Source: Phoronis australis (lineage: Eukaryota > Animalia > Phoronida). Taken from it: a DNA stretch of 64,000 nt. A model generated the notes under the pieces. It worked only from the letters and a program-made list of their open reading frames with translations. It was not told the DNA's origin and did not search any database. Positions 37,125 to 48,919 of the stretch are shown in pieces. The stretch's first letter is position 1. The number at the start of each line of letters is the position of its first letter. Location: positions 266,805 through 330,804 of the forward strand of contig NMRA01000189.1 in NCBI GenBank assembly GCA_002633005.1. The letters run 5' to 3'. Position numbers and translations under genes: made by a program.

Positions 37125-37283
37125 CAGGGGCGGATCCAGGATTTTGAGTTGGGGGGGGCAGGGCAGAGTATTAGCCGGAATTTTGCCCGTCAGACATTCG
37201 CACCCCCGTACTGCCAAATGGAATCTGGGAGAATTTTAGGGGGGGGGGCATGGCTCCCTTGGCCCCCTCTAAATCCGCCACCG
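37125..37283 (+). mobile_element. MITE family A
   Basis: caggggcggatcc...aaatccgccaccg with perfect TSD attta. Confidence 0.82.
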
Positions 37284-37419
37284 ATTTATGTTCTTCCAAA
37301 AAAAGTTATGGCCTTCTTGTTCTTTGTTTCAATACACATTACTTGCAGTAAAACGTCTGACATTCCTTTGACGTCATACTGCCTCAGCGGATGAGAGTAA
37401 GCCGCCAAAACGAATTAAT

Positions 37420-37580
37420 GAGCCTGCCTGCCGTTCAGTAACGCTAGGACCAAGCTAAAAAGCAAGAGTTCGCGAGATAACGTGAGACAGTGACGTGTAC
37501 TTTTCAATGAGAGCACGTGACTTTCACTAGATTTTAGCTAGGTCCTAGCGTAAGTCCTAGCGTTATTGAACGCACGCCTA
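37420..37580 (-). mobile_element. MITE family D, reverse orientation
   Basis: Reverse complement of 61675-61830. Confidence 0.75.
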
Positions 37581-37976
37581 GTCTAAAAGAAAAGACTCAA
37601 GTGTCGACTTCACTTTTAATCAAAGTAAGAAAAAAGATGAAAGTAAGATGAGATTTCGTAACCGTAAGTGTCCTAAATCAAAATTTATGACTGACCGAAA
37701 GCGAATATTTATTGTAGCGAAAATAGTGGCAATTGGTGTCTCATTAACGCACAAAAACTGAGAACTTTCAAGACGTGTCATGAAAGTGGAATAAAGGGTA
37801 ATGTAACTACACGAAACCCATGTGAATACTATCCCAGTTCACGTTTAGAATAATTTTGGAAGAATGACCCTTGCGACTTAGTACTTGTTGATTAGCCGGT
37901 GCAATTGGCCCAACTGTATGACGAAAACACGCCTGGTGCGCACGGCAGAAGGCAACGGATCATTTGTCTGTTTTTT

Positions 37977-39776
37977 ATGCGCTCACATATTTGTATGTGG
38001 ACGCCTTATGTCGTCATCTCCGTTCGTCCGTCCGTCTGTCCGGCGTCCGTCCATCCGGCGTGTGCCTCCGTTTGTCCGGCGTCCGTCCGTCCGGCGTCCG
38101 TCCGGCGTCCGTCCATCCGGCGTCTGTCCGGCGTCTGGCGTCCGCTGCTCTATCTCCAAAACCCTTTGACATAGATTCATGAAATTTGGCACGCGTACTT
38201 CTTTCATCAGTGGATTGGACGGCATGAGCGAACTTTTGGACGGATCCGACCACTGGTGTGCCCCCTAGTGGCAATTTTAGTTTTTTACGCTTGCCTCTAT
38301 GTCTTCAAAGGTTCTCAACGTATTTTCATAAAATTTGGCATACAGGCGTCTATTAGAGAAATGACGCCATGCTTTAGTTTTCGGATGGATTCAACGAAGT
38401 TTGCGCCACCTAGTGGCCATTTTTGCTGTTTTCGAGTCTGTTTTTAGCGTCCACCCCTCTATCAACCAAACCGCTCTAAGGCCTTTGATTGTGAAAATTG
38501 GCATGTGTGTTCTTACTATGAAGAGGACGACTGACGTTGATTTTCCGATGATTTCCTCTATTGTTGCGCCTCCTAGTGGCAGTTTTGTCTTTTTTGCGCC
38601 CATGGCTGTATCTCCTAAACCGTTGGCAGGATGTTTATTAAATTTAGAAAGTGTATTTATATGATGCATGACGACGACTTTCGGACGCATCTGACTACCG
38701 GTGTGCCCCCTAGTGGCAATTTAAATTTTTTACATTTACCTCAGTATCTTCAACGGTCCTCGACGTATTTTCATAAAATTTGGCGTATAGGCATCTATTT
38801 GTCAGATGGCGCTTTCATCCCGTTTTCAGATGGATTTGACGTTGTTTGCGCCACTTAGTGGCCATTTTTACTGTTTTTGAGTCTTTTTTGGCATCCACCC
38901 TCTATCAACCAAACGGCTCTGACGATGATTGTGAAAATTGGCGTGTATGTTCTTACTATGAAGAGGACGGCTGACGATGATTTTCCGATGATTTCGTGTA
39001 CAGTGGCGCCTCCTAGTGGCAGTATCTCCTAAACCGTTTGCAGGATCTTTTCTAAATTTAGCAAGTGTATTTATATTCTGTTCACAACGAATGGCAACAA
39101 CCTTCGGACGGATCTGACTACCAGTGAGCCCCCTAGTGACAATTTTAGTTTTTTTGGGTTTACCTCTGTATCTTCAAAGGTCCTCAGATTTTCAGAAAAA
39201 TTGGAATATAGGCGTCTATTGGTGAGATGATGCTATCCTCCCGTTTTCGGATGGAATCGAGGTACTTTGCGACACCTAGTGGCCATTTTTCCGGTTTTCG
39301 AGTCTGTTTTATGGCGTCCACCCGTCGATCAACCAAACCATACTAAGGATGATTTTGAAAATTGGCGAGTATGTTCTCAGTGTGAAGAGGGCGGTTGACT
39401 ATAACAAATTCGACTACTGTGGCACCTCCTCGTGTAGTTTTGTTTTGTTTTGCTGCATGATCTTTATTAAATTTAGTAATTGTATTTTTATGAAGCTAAC
39501 ACAGACGACGTCTTTCAGGCCGATCCAATGAACGCTGTGCCCCATCGCGGCAATTTCATTTTTTCCGTTTTCCTTCGTTTCTCTGAAGTTCTTTGACTGG
39601 TATTTATGAAATTTGGTAAATGGCTTTCTTTTAAAGAAGCGATGGCATTTTCCCGTTCTCAGATGGATTTCATGTTTTTGCGCCATCTAGTGGCTTTTTA
39701 TGAAACAAACAACCCTCGAAGCACGCCGTTAGCGATGCATTCGTGGGCGCATTTCAATGCTAGGCGTTGCTCTTTT
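37977..39776 (+). mobile_element. Helentron-associated interspersed element (HINE / DINE-1 / Pearl-like) with internal tandem array
   Basis: Sits in a T-run. 5' subTIR atgcgctcaca with adjacent inverted copy (37977-38004); (GTCC)n-type microsatellite 38021-38143; ~145-160-bp subunits in a ~445-bp higher-order repeat; 3' subTIR cgtgggcgcat (39742-39752) followed by a short hairpin and a T-run. Confidence 0.8.
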
Positions 39777-40457
39777 TAATACTTGTACCTGTTTTTCGTT
39801 TAATTTCGTTTCTTGAATGAATATTTCTTTCACTTGTCTTTTATTTATCAGCCTTTCCACTGCGAATCGGCTGAGTTTACCCTTGTACAACGTTGCATGA
39901 CTTTACTCTTGCCTGCAAAGCTGTGACCCGATCAGTTACCCGTGCGTCATATTGTCGTCTTGTGCTTTTACTTCGTAGCTTTGGTTCAGTAAAGATTTGA
40001 TTTAAGAATTTCAATTGTTTTTAGAGTTCAAGTGAAACTTTCAACAGATTGCACGGTAATAAATTTTTCAACTTCGTCATGAATAGTAAAAATGATTAAA
40101 ACGGTCTTTACGAGTATTTGAAAATCATAAACTCCGCAAATGGGCCATTAAATATAGCGACTGAGATAGCGCTCCAATAACACGCAGTCATCCGTACGAT
40201 GTAGACTGATCGCTTGGCAGTCAGTATTCCTCTCGCACGAACAGCAGACTGAGGCATTCCCAAATTGTTTTCCCAAATGCAAATTATTTTCTCTCACCCA
40301 GTCACCAATTATATAAGAATAAAAATTTTCATGCCACCATGCGTATATGAAGTTCAAGAAAAAATGAAAGCAAACACTTTTATTTTATGACGTATATATA
40401 TATTTTTAATTGTAAATATAAAAATACTGCAAAGAGATTATTTGTAAAAATACTGCA

Positions 40458-40736
40458 TGACACATAACAGGTATTGCACTATATGACACATGTCAGGCAG
40501 TGCGCCGTATGGCATAGGGCAGGCAGTGCGCCGTATGACACATGTCAGGCAGTGCCCATTATGACACATGGCAGGCAGTGTGCCGTATGACACATGGTAG
40601 GCAGCGCGCCGTATGACACATGGCAGGTACTGCGCCCTAGGACATATGGTAGGCAGTGCGCCGTATAACACATGGCAGGCAGTGCGCCGTATGACACATG
40701 GCAGGTACTGCACTATGACACATGGTAGGCAGTGCA
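40458..40736. repeat. Minisatellite, ~22-26-bp unit (atgacacatggcaggcagtgcgccgt), about 11 copies
   Basis: Degenerate tandem copies, between the TSP1-gene stop (40872) and a minus-strand AATAAA at 40379-40384. Confidence 0.88.
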
Positions 40737-40871
40737 AATTGGCCCCAAACGCCAGAGGTCACGCTTGCATAATTTAATGTAAAATCACGTGGAAGTTATT
40801 ACTCCTTGGGTTTCAAGAGAATAATATTATACTTCCTAACAACTTTGTATAAGTTAAACTCTACTCCTTGC

Positions 40872-41053
40872 CTAAATCTTGCAAAGAAACGTCTCTCGAC
40901 AATGCCGAGTGTCGTATCCTTTCCCTTTGCAGTCTTGTCCTTTGTAAGGTTTGGGATTGGTGCACTTGCGCGTTCTGTAATGCCGACCTATTCCACAGGC
41001 TTCCATAGCCACACACCTGTGCCATGACGACCACTCAGTCCATCCTCCGTCAA
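40872..41053 (-). CDS. TSP1 exon 5 (terminal)
   Basis: ttcag| (V)DGGWTEWSSWHRCVAMEACGIGRHYRTRKCTNPKPYKGQDCKGKGYDTRHCRETFLCKI*. Confidence 0.88.
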
Positions 41054-44000
41054 CTGAAATTAGTTAAATCTGAATCAAAGTAAAACCAAACCCACTAGCT
41101 AACTCGCCTGCTGAGAAAATCAGCACATTGTTCGCTGCTAAACGTTTACACTAATTCTCTTGTAAGTACTCGACACGTGTATGTCCTGTCGCCACAGGAA
41201 TGCTGAAGGGTGCTTATGTAACCGAGCGAACAGTTTTATGACCTTCAACAAGCGTTGCCACCATCACCATTGGTCATCACCACTAACTGCCGCCAATATA
41301 CCCCCGCTCGTATCATCACTACCACCATCACCAGCACTTGATAAAGTAGCCTCATCATCACACACACTATCGTCATATGTACTGGTTGCACCCCACGTCA
41401 CCAGCATTCATAACCATTGCCACCATCCCCATCTCCATCAATACTATTGTTCATAATATTTTGAGGCCATCACCACTACAGTCACCACCGCTGTTATTAT
41501 CACCACTACCACCACCATCACCACCATTCACCACCATCACCACCATTCACCACCACCATCACCACCATTCACCACCACCACCACCACCACGTCATATTCA
41601 GCATCACTGCCACTAAAATAACTACAATTATTGTACCGCCAAACACTGGTCCGTTTTTCTGACATCACCCGGTGCTTTAAGTATGGGCAAAAAACAAACC
41701 CTGCTACAGTGTCTAATCCGGACACCATTTAAGCGATGCAAGAATGTGCATATTCGAAAATGTTCTAGGATTCTCGAACCTTAGCTGATAGAAGATTTAG
41801 CCAACACGGAAAGTGCTACCCGGTAATTATTAAAGATGGCATTCCTTTAACAAAACAAAAACAGCTGTGTGAAATATCGCATACCAGGACAAAGATCTGT
41901 CGCACTTGCACCATTGCATTTTTTGGTTTCTCTGTTATGTCCACTACAGTCATTCCCACCAAATCTGGCACGTGGCGTGTCACATGACCTTGTCCGCTGA
42001 ACGACACCACAGTTGACGGCGCATTCTGTCCATTTTGTCCACTGTCCCCAGTTGCCGTTTACTAGAAACATTGCATCAATACTCTTTTAGGCAAAACTCT
42101 AATGGAGATCTCACAAGTCACAATTTTAAAACATGTACAACAGTAGGTCCATAACGGATTACACCACAGCGGCACTCTCGCTGTATTTACCCACAACGAC
42201 GCAATATCCCTCAAGCAATTTTGTATCGCGCCACTGGAGATACACATGTCAGTTATGTGTTGAATTCTCAGTCACAAGCTTTTCAAGACTGCAGTTTTCT
42301 ATTTGTCCTTCCGACGAGAGAAAAATGGATAAACAATCCATAATGTTAATACTAGGTTCACACGAGTGACGAAAGCTCTGTAACAGTTTCTGGCTAAAAC
42401 GTTAGTCAGGCGAATTGCCGTGAAAGGGTAATTTTCGCCAGTAGTTAGTTTGTTTCTTCACCACCCTGCGCGTTTAGCGAAAATTGATGCCAAAACACGT
42501 TCACTCTGCCATTATTGATTGATGTGACGATAACACGAAAGTCTCTTATTCCGGCCTGTGCGCATGTGTGTTCCCTAAAGTAAGCGATCTGGCTTCAAAA
42601 GTGCTACAGAAAACGCCCCTACTTATGGGGATAACTCAAACGTCCAGCAAAGCTCCAGCCAAAGGGGCCACTGCGATCGTTCACGAGACAGGAGTTTTCG
42701 ATGCTAGCGAAAACGTTAGCGCTTTAGTTAGCATGTGAAACAGGGATGAGTTCGTCCTCCTTGCATCACTGAATTAAACACAAGAAAAAGCGGAACAAGG
42801 TCGTCGGGTTAAATTTGAACCGAGCACATTTCCCTTTCTTAAAGATACCTATTCAATTCCGATTACTTTTGCACGGTTGAAATCGGAACTATTTCCACGG
42901 TCATACCGTACCTCGACGGTTTCTGACAAGAACTGTGAAAGTGCCTGGCACGACAAAACGAAGACAATGCAAACAACGAGACTTGTTACGTCCGGAATTA
43001 AAAGAGAATTCTATCGCTGTGTAATCCTCGACGGTCTATTGACCTTTTACGGATAGCAAAAAAAAAAACGGTGGCGGGCGAATCCTGGATTTGTAGGACC
43101 GAGCCATCCAAACCAGACTCAATTAGACGTGCCACGAGGGCGATCGTCTGTTCGGTAAGCTGGCGGTTTCCATAGTTTCGAATAAAATAAGAATCAGTTA
43201 CCGTAAGTGAACTATAAAGTAAACCAGCGATCATCATTTATAGAAGCAATTAAAAGCATTAATTATTACATAGAATCATTAGTTTCATTAGCACAATCAC
43301 ACAGTTACATTTATCATTTTAGTTTATGCATATTCAGTGGCTGCAGGGAATAAAACACAATGATCAATGAAATCGTTCAGTTTACTTGCAACCACAGAAG
43401 ACAAAAGTAAACAGACAAAATACCGCTTCCCCGTGGTGACGGCTAATTGTGTGAACACGGCAAAAATGGCTGGTAATAACTATTAGGGGGCTAATTGTCG
43501 CTGCAGAACGGCTTAGACACCTTACCAACTTTCTTGTTAATTCCCATTCACTCTCAGACCTAGTCAAGAAGTCACGTGTTTTCATTTAAAAATACACGGC
43601 AATTTCTCACGTAATCTAGTCTTGCTTTTAGGGAGGTCCTAGCGTTACTGAACGGGAGGCAGGCAAGACCAGCCGTCGTGACGGCGAGTTCCGGGTCATT
43701 TTGTCTGAATACTTTTGGCTTGCCTGTACTGAAACCGCAGGGCGCCATCTAGTGACTTCAGAACATAATCTTGGGTGGTGTCGAGCATTCGCAGTGTTTG
43801 GCTGTCTGTTATTTTGCATAATTTTGCCACCCTTTTTCTCGTAGTCTCGTTTCCTGTTTCGGTGAAGGCGAAAGGGACAGAAATAAAACGGAATAAAGTT
43901 CCTGTACTGGGCAAGTGATATGAACTGACTCACAACTTTTTATTTTGTTCACAGAGTAGAAGAAATCCCGCCAATGATATTTGTACAGTTCGAACTACGG

Positions 44001-47000
44001 TTCTTATACATGCAGCTGAAAACGACCAGGCCCTATCTGTTATTCTACATACACGCCACTAACCGTTACTTACTGGGACATGGTGCTGAATAACAAGGGC
44101 TCGTATCTATATGATCCCCCAGACAGAATGCCCGTCCATTGATTGACGGAGGGTTGACGCACTTGCGCGTCCGGTAAGTAATGCTTTCTCCGCACGAGCT
44201 GGAGCACCTGCGCCATTTGGACCATTCGCCCCAGCCACCGTCACCTAAATGAAATACCGTAGTAGTCAGACAAAAAAAATATCTCCTACAACAAGCGCTG
44301 GTTCATCAGCTAAGTCGGTCAAACCGTACATGAGGGTTTATATTCAATTCGTCCACCGACAAGTGCACAGAGGTAAGTCAATTAAATTAAAGAATCATTG
44401 TCTATTTTGTTTATGTAATTGAAAAAAGCACACTTTTATAGGCTGCTATTACGCTAGCAGTTTGATAGCCTTATCAATTACTGAAATCAGTGATTCATAA
44501 CAGTTGTGTAAACAAAGTTGTCCAGCCGAGATTTACCCACACCGTTTGGCGGTTTACCAAGCTCGATCAGAGCATGTGCAAATTGCACAAAACAAATTAA
44601 ACTGTTTTACAAGTGTTTATTTGGAAAACAAACATATCACCTGGCGTGGTGGCTTCTATAGTTCGTTCATGGACATGAGGTGTTGAAGCTCAAAAATTTT
44701 AAAGCTGCTTATTATTGCCAAAACAGTATGATACCGGTATTATGGCATGCGCCACGCACCCGCCAGGGGGGGCTCGGGGGGCTCGTGGCGAAGTGGGCAA
44801 AAAGGTCCGTCTACGAGAAACAAAAAGTCCGAGAAATTGAGACAAATGTCCACTAAACAAGCACAAACGCCCAATGCAGTGGTGCGCGTTTTTTTTAGTC
44901 CGCCGGCTATTTTGTTACCAAAAGGTCCGCAACGCTAGGAATTCGAGCTCCCTATATTGAAGGCTGGGTGCGCACATGTATGGAAACGTATGTCCAATCG
45001 ACAAGCAGTTCAGAAGTTGGAGCTTAGTAACCGCGAATAGAGTTAAGTTATTCAAACAGTTAAAAGTACAAAGATTGCATACCCACACACAAGGCTGTCG
45101 AGTTTGTCCCATGACAAATCTTAGTTTCTTTGTTGGATCCAAGACAGTTAACCGCGCCACGTGGGTGATAGCATGACCTTGTCCGCTGAATGACACCACA
45201 GTTGACGGCGCATTTTGTCCAGCTTGTCCACTGTGCCCAAGTGCCGTTTACTAGAACTTTCGTCAGTGGACCCGACTGAGACATAGGAGCTTTAAAAATA
45301 GGATTTGTGAATTCTTTTACCTGGTAATTCCAACTTGATGAACATCTGATTTATTGGTGTACGCTTAAAATGGAACAAGTTCTCTCGTTCAAAGCTCCAC
45401 TTATATGGGTTTGGTGAAAACTGACAAAATGTTGAAAAAAATGGAGTTCAAGCATGTAAATTGTACCATTATTAATAAAAATGTTGTCTCAGGCATTTAG
45501 ACAATGGTGGTCACGTTAAACAATGTTGTTCACATTAAACAAAAGTGGACCGTTCCGAATCACACGACGATAGAACTCTCCTTTGTCCCGGAGATAAGAA
45601 AGCGCGTGACCTCGTTTTGGAAATCAGGCACATTTTTGTGTCTCTCATTCATATGGATGTCGGGAAGGCGAGGAAGTTCACATCACACTTCCACTAATTC
45701 TTACGTCGGAATTGCTGCCCACAGCACAGCAGTAATACTTCGTTGGCATTGGAAGGACGAATAGAGTAATTCAAGCGAGAAAAAACTTATAAGGAATCGG
45801 ACAACAACAAATAACATGTGAAACTTCAATGGCTCGTAAACGAGGCAGCAAAAGTGCCTGACGGATGTTTACGGCATTGTGGGTAAATACAGCGAGATTC
45901 GAGTGTCACTGTGTAATCCGAGACGGCCTACAGTGAAATGAAAGATACTCTTTTGGTTTTATTTTTGTCAAGTTAAAATATGTATCAATGAATAATATTG
46001 AAAACTAGTTTTACTAAAATGTATTTCTAAATGAATTGATAGGGTTTTAAGATAACATCGTTTTTTTCAAAACGAACAGAACTTTAAATACAGATTCTCG
46101 TAATTCTAGTCGAGGCTTTAAGATTACATACTCAGCAATTTGATTGTTTCTCCAGACTCGTGGAAACACTACGAAAAATACTCCAGTGCATATTTTGCAA
46201 ACATAACTATCAGTCTGTCCATGGCCAGATTTAAAGTGGCATAGAACGCGAAAAACAGACTAAATCGCATTATTCAAAGTGGGTCGTTGACATTGAAGCA
46301 AAAGCCAAACTGCTCGTCATGTATTTCTACGGTTTGTTTGTAAGGATTTTGAGTTTCTGTTGATGTCAAAGCATTTCCCTTTAGTTTCTGATTTCAAAAA
46401 AAAACACCTGTCTCAGTGCCCTCGACTGTTCAAAATATGTGATGATAGGTAATCCATAAAACATTTTTTTTACAGAAAATATGCAACCTGAAACGTAGGA
46501 ACGTTTTAGATAGAAAATAGAGCTTCTGAGAGGTTATAACAGAAAGTCTCAGGTTCGAGACCCCGTCGAAATATGCTTACTACACTGCCGCAAACTCCGG
46601 CTACTTTATGTTTACGCTCCGATTGTATAATAAAGATCAATAGACCAGGAGGAGAACTATGGGCTAGACGACAAAGTTGAGCCATCCAAAACATGAAAAC
46701 TGAGAATGCAATTGAAATTTGCCCTAAAGTAGTAACATTCAAGAGGTATGTGCAAATATTCACATCCGTTTCAATCTGAGATTGACACCACCTTTAGGGT
46801 GATATTCGTTACATCTATCAGCTAATGTTTATACAACGTGATTCTTACGTGTACACCGACTATTGTGACAGACGCGCGTTTGCGAAGCTTCCCCCGTACA
46901 ATTGTGTCCGCCAACACATCTCCGCGTTCTTTTTTTGGTTCCACCTTCGCACGAAGAGTTACAATTGGTCCATGTACTCCATTTCACCCATTGGCCATCC

Positions 47001-48919
47001 ACTAAGCAGCATTTAAAATAAAAAGTGAAGTAATATCATGAATGCACGCCCGTTAAAGACGTAGGTACTGTGGTGCCTACGCAAAACGGATTGTTTTAGA
47101 ACCCCCTGGACCTCCTCAACTCACGACACCCTCGACCCACGACAACATCGACCCACGACCCCCTCGATCCACGACCCTCTTGACCCATGACCTGTACCAA
47201 TAGATGTAGTATGTTTTCGCGTTTTACTCATTTCATAATCACGCGCTAACAACTTTCCCAAAAGACTTACTTACACGCGAGTCTGCTCTGGCTCAAGCCA
47301 GGTGGTTAAAAACAGGAAGTGGTGCAAGAACACGATCTGATATAGCGAATTACGAACGTGCTATCGTTGCCACGGTAATACATACATGTATAGTTCCACG
47401 AGTAGCCACCAATGGCCCTGTTCTACTAACTTAGAGAGAGAGAGAAAGAGAGTACGTTAACGTGAATGGACGTATTTTCACATTTTTATTATTTGCTTTC
47501 TGTTGTATACTCGTTTACAATATACTTCATGTAACATCAAGACATTTTTTTAGTTAACAGTTTATTTTTGAAAGTGTATTTACTAAAAAAATTACATATT
47601 CATCGGTTCCTAGTATTCCCCCAAAAGCTTGAATCTGTCATTCACTGAAGAGCAGACGAGACGATTACGCTTTGCCGGGAACGACATTTGTAACGTTGGT
47701 AGGTCTTTAATTTGATTTGGTCGCGTTGCTTTGCCATCAAGTTCGTTTTGTTTTCGTTTGTTCTCACTCTACATCGTCGTCTTTTCAGTTAACTTCGCCA
47801 AGTGTCGCTCAAGACTGTAGCCTATTTCTTACTGATTTCTTACATCTTCGTTAGTCATATGAATGTCATCGTGTTGTTCATACTCTCCAGTTTCATCATC
47901 GTAACCATCATAGTCGTCATCATCTCCATCGTCGTCTTTTCGGTTAATTTCGCCAAGTGTAGCTCCTCCGAGCAATCTCGTTTTTTTGTTTGTGGCTTTC
48001 AAACCTGCCAAATCACTCTCTTGATTGCAAAAAAAAAAACACAGTGAAAAGCCAGCCGAGCTCACGTACCGACTCGTTGGTCTTGCAAGTCAGCGCTTGC
48101 TCTATGTTCAGATCGAGTCGAGCTTGTGTAGACTGAGTCGAGGGGTTTGTGGGTCGTGGGCTGAGGGGTCGTGCATCGAGGGGATCACAGGTCGAGGGGG
48201 TCGTGGAGCTCGAGGGGATTTTTGAACAATCCCCGCAAAACAATGGTTGCAAGAAGTCTTGATTTTTTGGCTAATAAAGAAAAACGCTTAGTTTTAATTT
48301 CACACCCCTTTTCTTCATTCAATAGCAAATTCTCGCCGACCACACTTCAGTGGTGGTCACGTTGCTGGTATAGCTGTTAGTACGTTACGCGAATCCACAG
48401 CTTGTTGCGGAACGTCAATGTGTTCGTGTGAGAACACCTGTATTGCACTCGTTCACGTTAAAATATGCGTGTGTCTTGAAAAATGAAAAATGCTGTAGGT
48501 TAGGTCTCACATAACGGAAAGTTCCGTGCTCTACCGTTTTATGGGGAACGATACATTGGACATTACTTTCTGGACATAATTCTCTTATAGGGTGGGATCC
48601 TGAACTTTTAAATGAGGGAGTCGGATCAAGGATTTTTAAAAGAGGGAGTCCAAGTCAGCAATTGGAAAATGCTAGATATGATATCACTAAAACCAAGAGA
48701 AAAGGGGTCCAGAGTCCGGACCCCCTTGACCCTGGATCCGTCTTTGACATTCTGAGGAAAAGTTCGGCATTTTCTTTTGTCGTTAAGAAGACTTAATGTT
48801 TGTTCATCACAGTGTCACGTACATTCAGAAAATTATAATGATTGCGTAATTAAAAGCGTATTGTTACCTGGTACATTGTCACACGGTATACACCGATACA
48901 GATTTTTGGCAAGAGTCTC
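40872..48919 (-). CDS. Thrombospondin type-1 (TSP1) repeat protein, C-terminal part (5 TSP1 exons plus linker exon)
   Basis: Phase-1 exons at 47001-46849, 45250-45083, 44244-44074, 42061-41885 and terminal 41053-40872, each with WxxWxxW..C...C....RTRxC; upstream linker exon 48919-48868. Confidence 0.85.
41265..41615. repeat. Degenerate (CAC/CAT)n microsatellite
   Basis: caccaccat runs, purest at 41500-41590; intronic. Confidence 0.85.
41885..42061 (-). CDS. TSP1 exon 4
   Basis: tctag| NGNWGQWTKWTECAVNCGVVQRTRSCDTPRARFGGNDCSGHNRETKKCNGASATDLCP |gtatgc. Confidence 0.9.
42140..43040. mobile_element. Degenerate TIR DNA element (P/THAP-like?)
   Basis: Diverged inverted ends ...ggattacac(cac)agcg... 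at 42156 and ...cgctgtgtaatcc... at 43015; the same terminal sequence occurs inverted at 45875-45935. Confidence 0.35.
43552..43664 (+). mobile_element. MITE family D, 5'-truncated
   Basis: gtcacgtgttttcatttaa...aggtcctagcgttactgaacgggaggcaggc. Confidence 0.7.
44074..44244 (-). CDS. TSP1 exon 3
   Basis: tttag| DGGWGEWSKWRRCSSSCGESITYRTRKCVNPPSINGRAFCLGDHIDTSPCYSAPCP |gtaagt. Confidence 0.9.
44746..44978 (+). mobile_element. MITE family C
   Basis: Perfect 5-bp TSD tatgg; termini catgcgc / gcgcacatg. Confidence 0.8.
45083..45250 (-). CDS. TSP1 exon 2
   Basis: tctag| NGTWAQWTSWTKCAVNCGVIQRTRSCYHPRGAVNCLGSNKETKICHGTNSTALCV |gtatgc. Confidence 0.88.
45600..45935 (-). pseudogene. Possible THAP-domain remnant next to a transposon end
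   Basis: MPTKYYCCAVG.NSD then frameshifted VNFLAFP resemble a THAP N-terminus; about 180 nt downstream of the terminal sequence shared with 42140-43040. Confidence 0.3.
46849..47001 (-). CDS. TSP1 exon 1
   Basis: cttag| DGQWVKWSTWTNCNSSCEGGTKKRTRRCVGGHNCTGEASQTRVCHNSRCT |gtaaga. Confidence 0.9.
47088..48232 (+). mobile_element. Mutator-like (MULE) non-autonomous element, copy 2
   Basis: TIR ggattgttt / gaacaatcc; subterminal tcgacccacgaccc repeats mirrored at the other end; 9-bp TSD acgcaaaac / ccgcaaaac. Confidence 0.78.
48868..48919 (-). CDS. Probable linker exon of the TSP1 gene
   Basis: ttgcag| ETLAKNLYRCIPCDNVP |gtaac; phase 0->1 fits TSP1 exon 1. Confidence 0.55.

Noticed and set aside
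37885-38274. Overlapping RPSV-repeat ORFs
   Set aside because: Artefacts of the GTCC-type microsatellite in the HINE.
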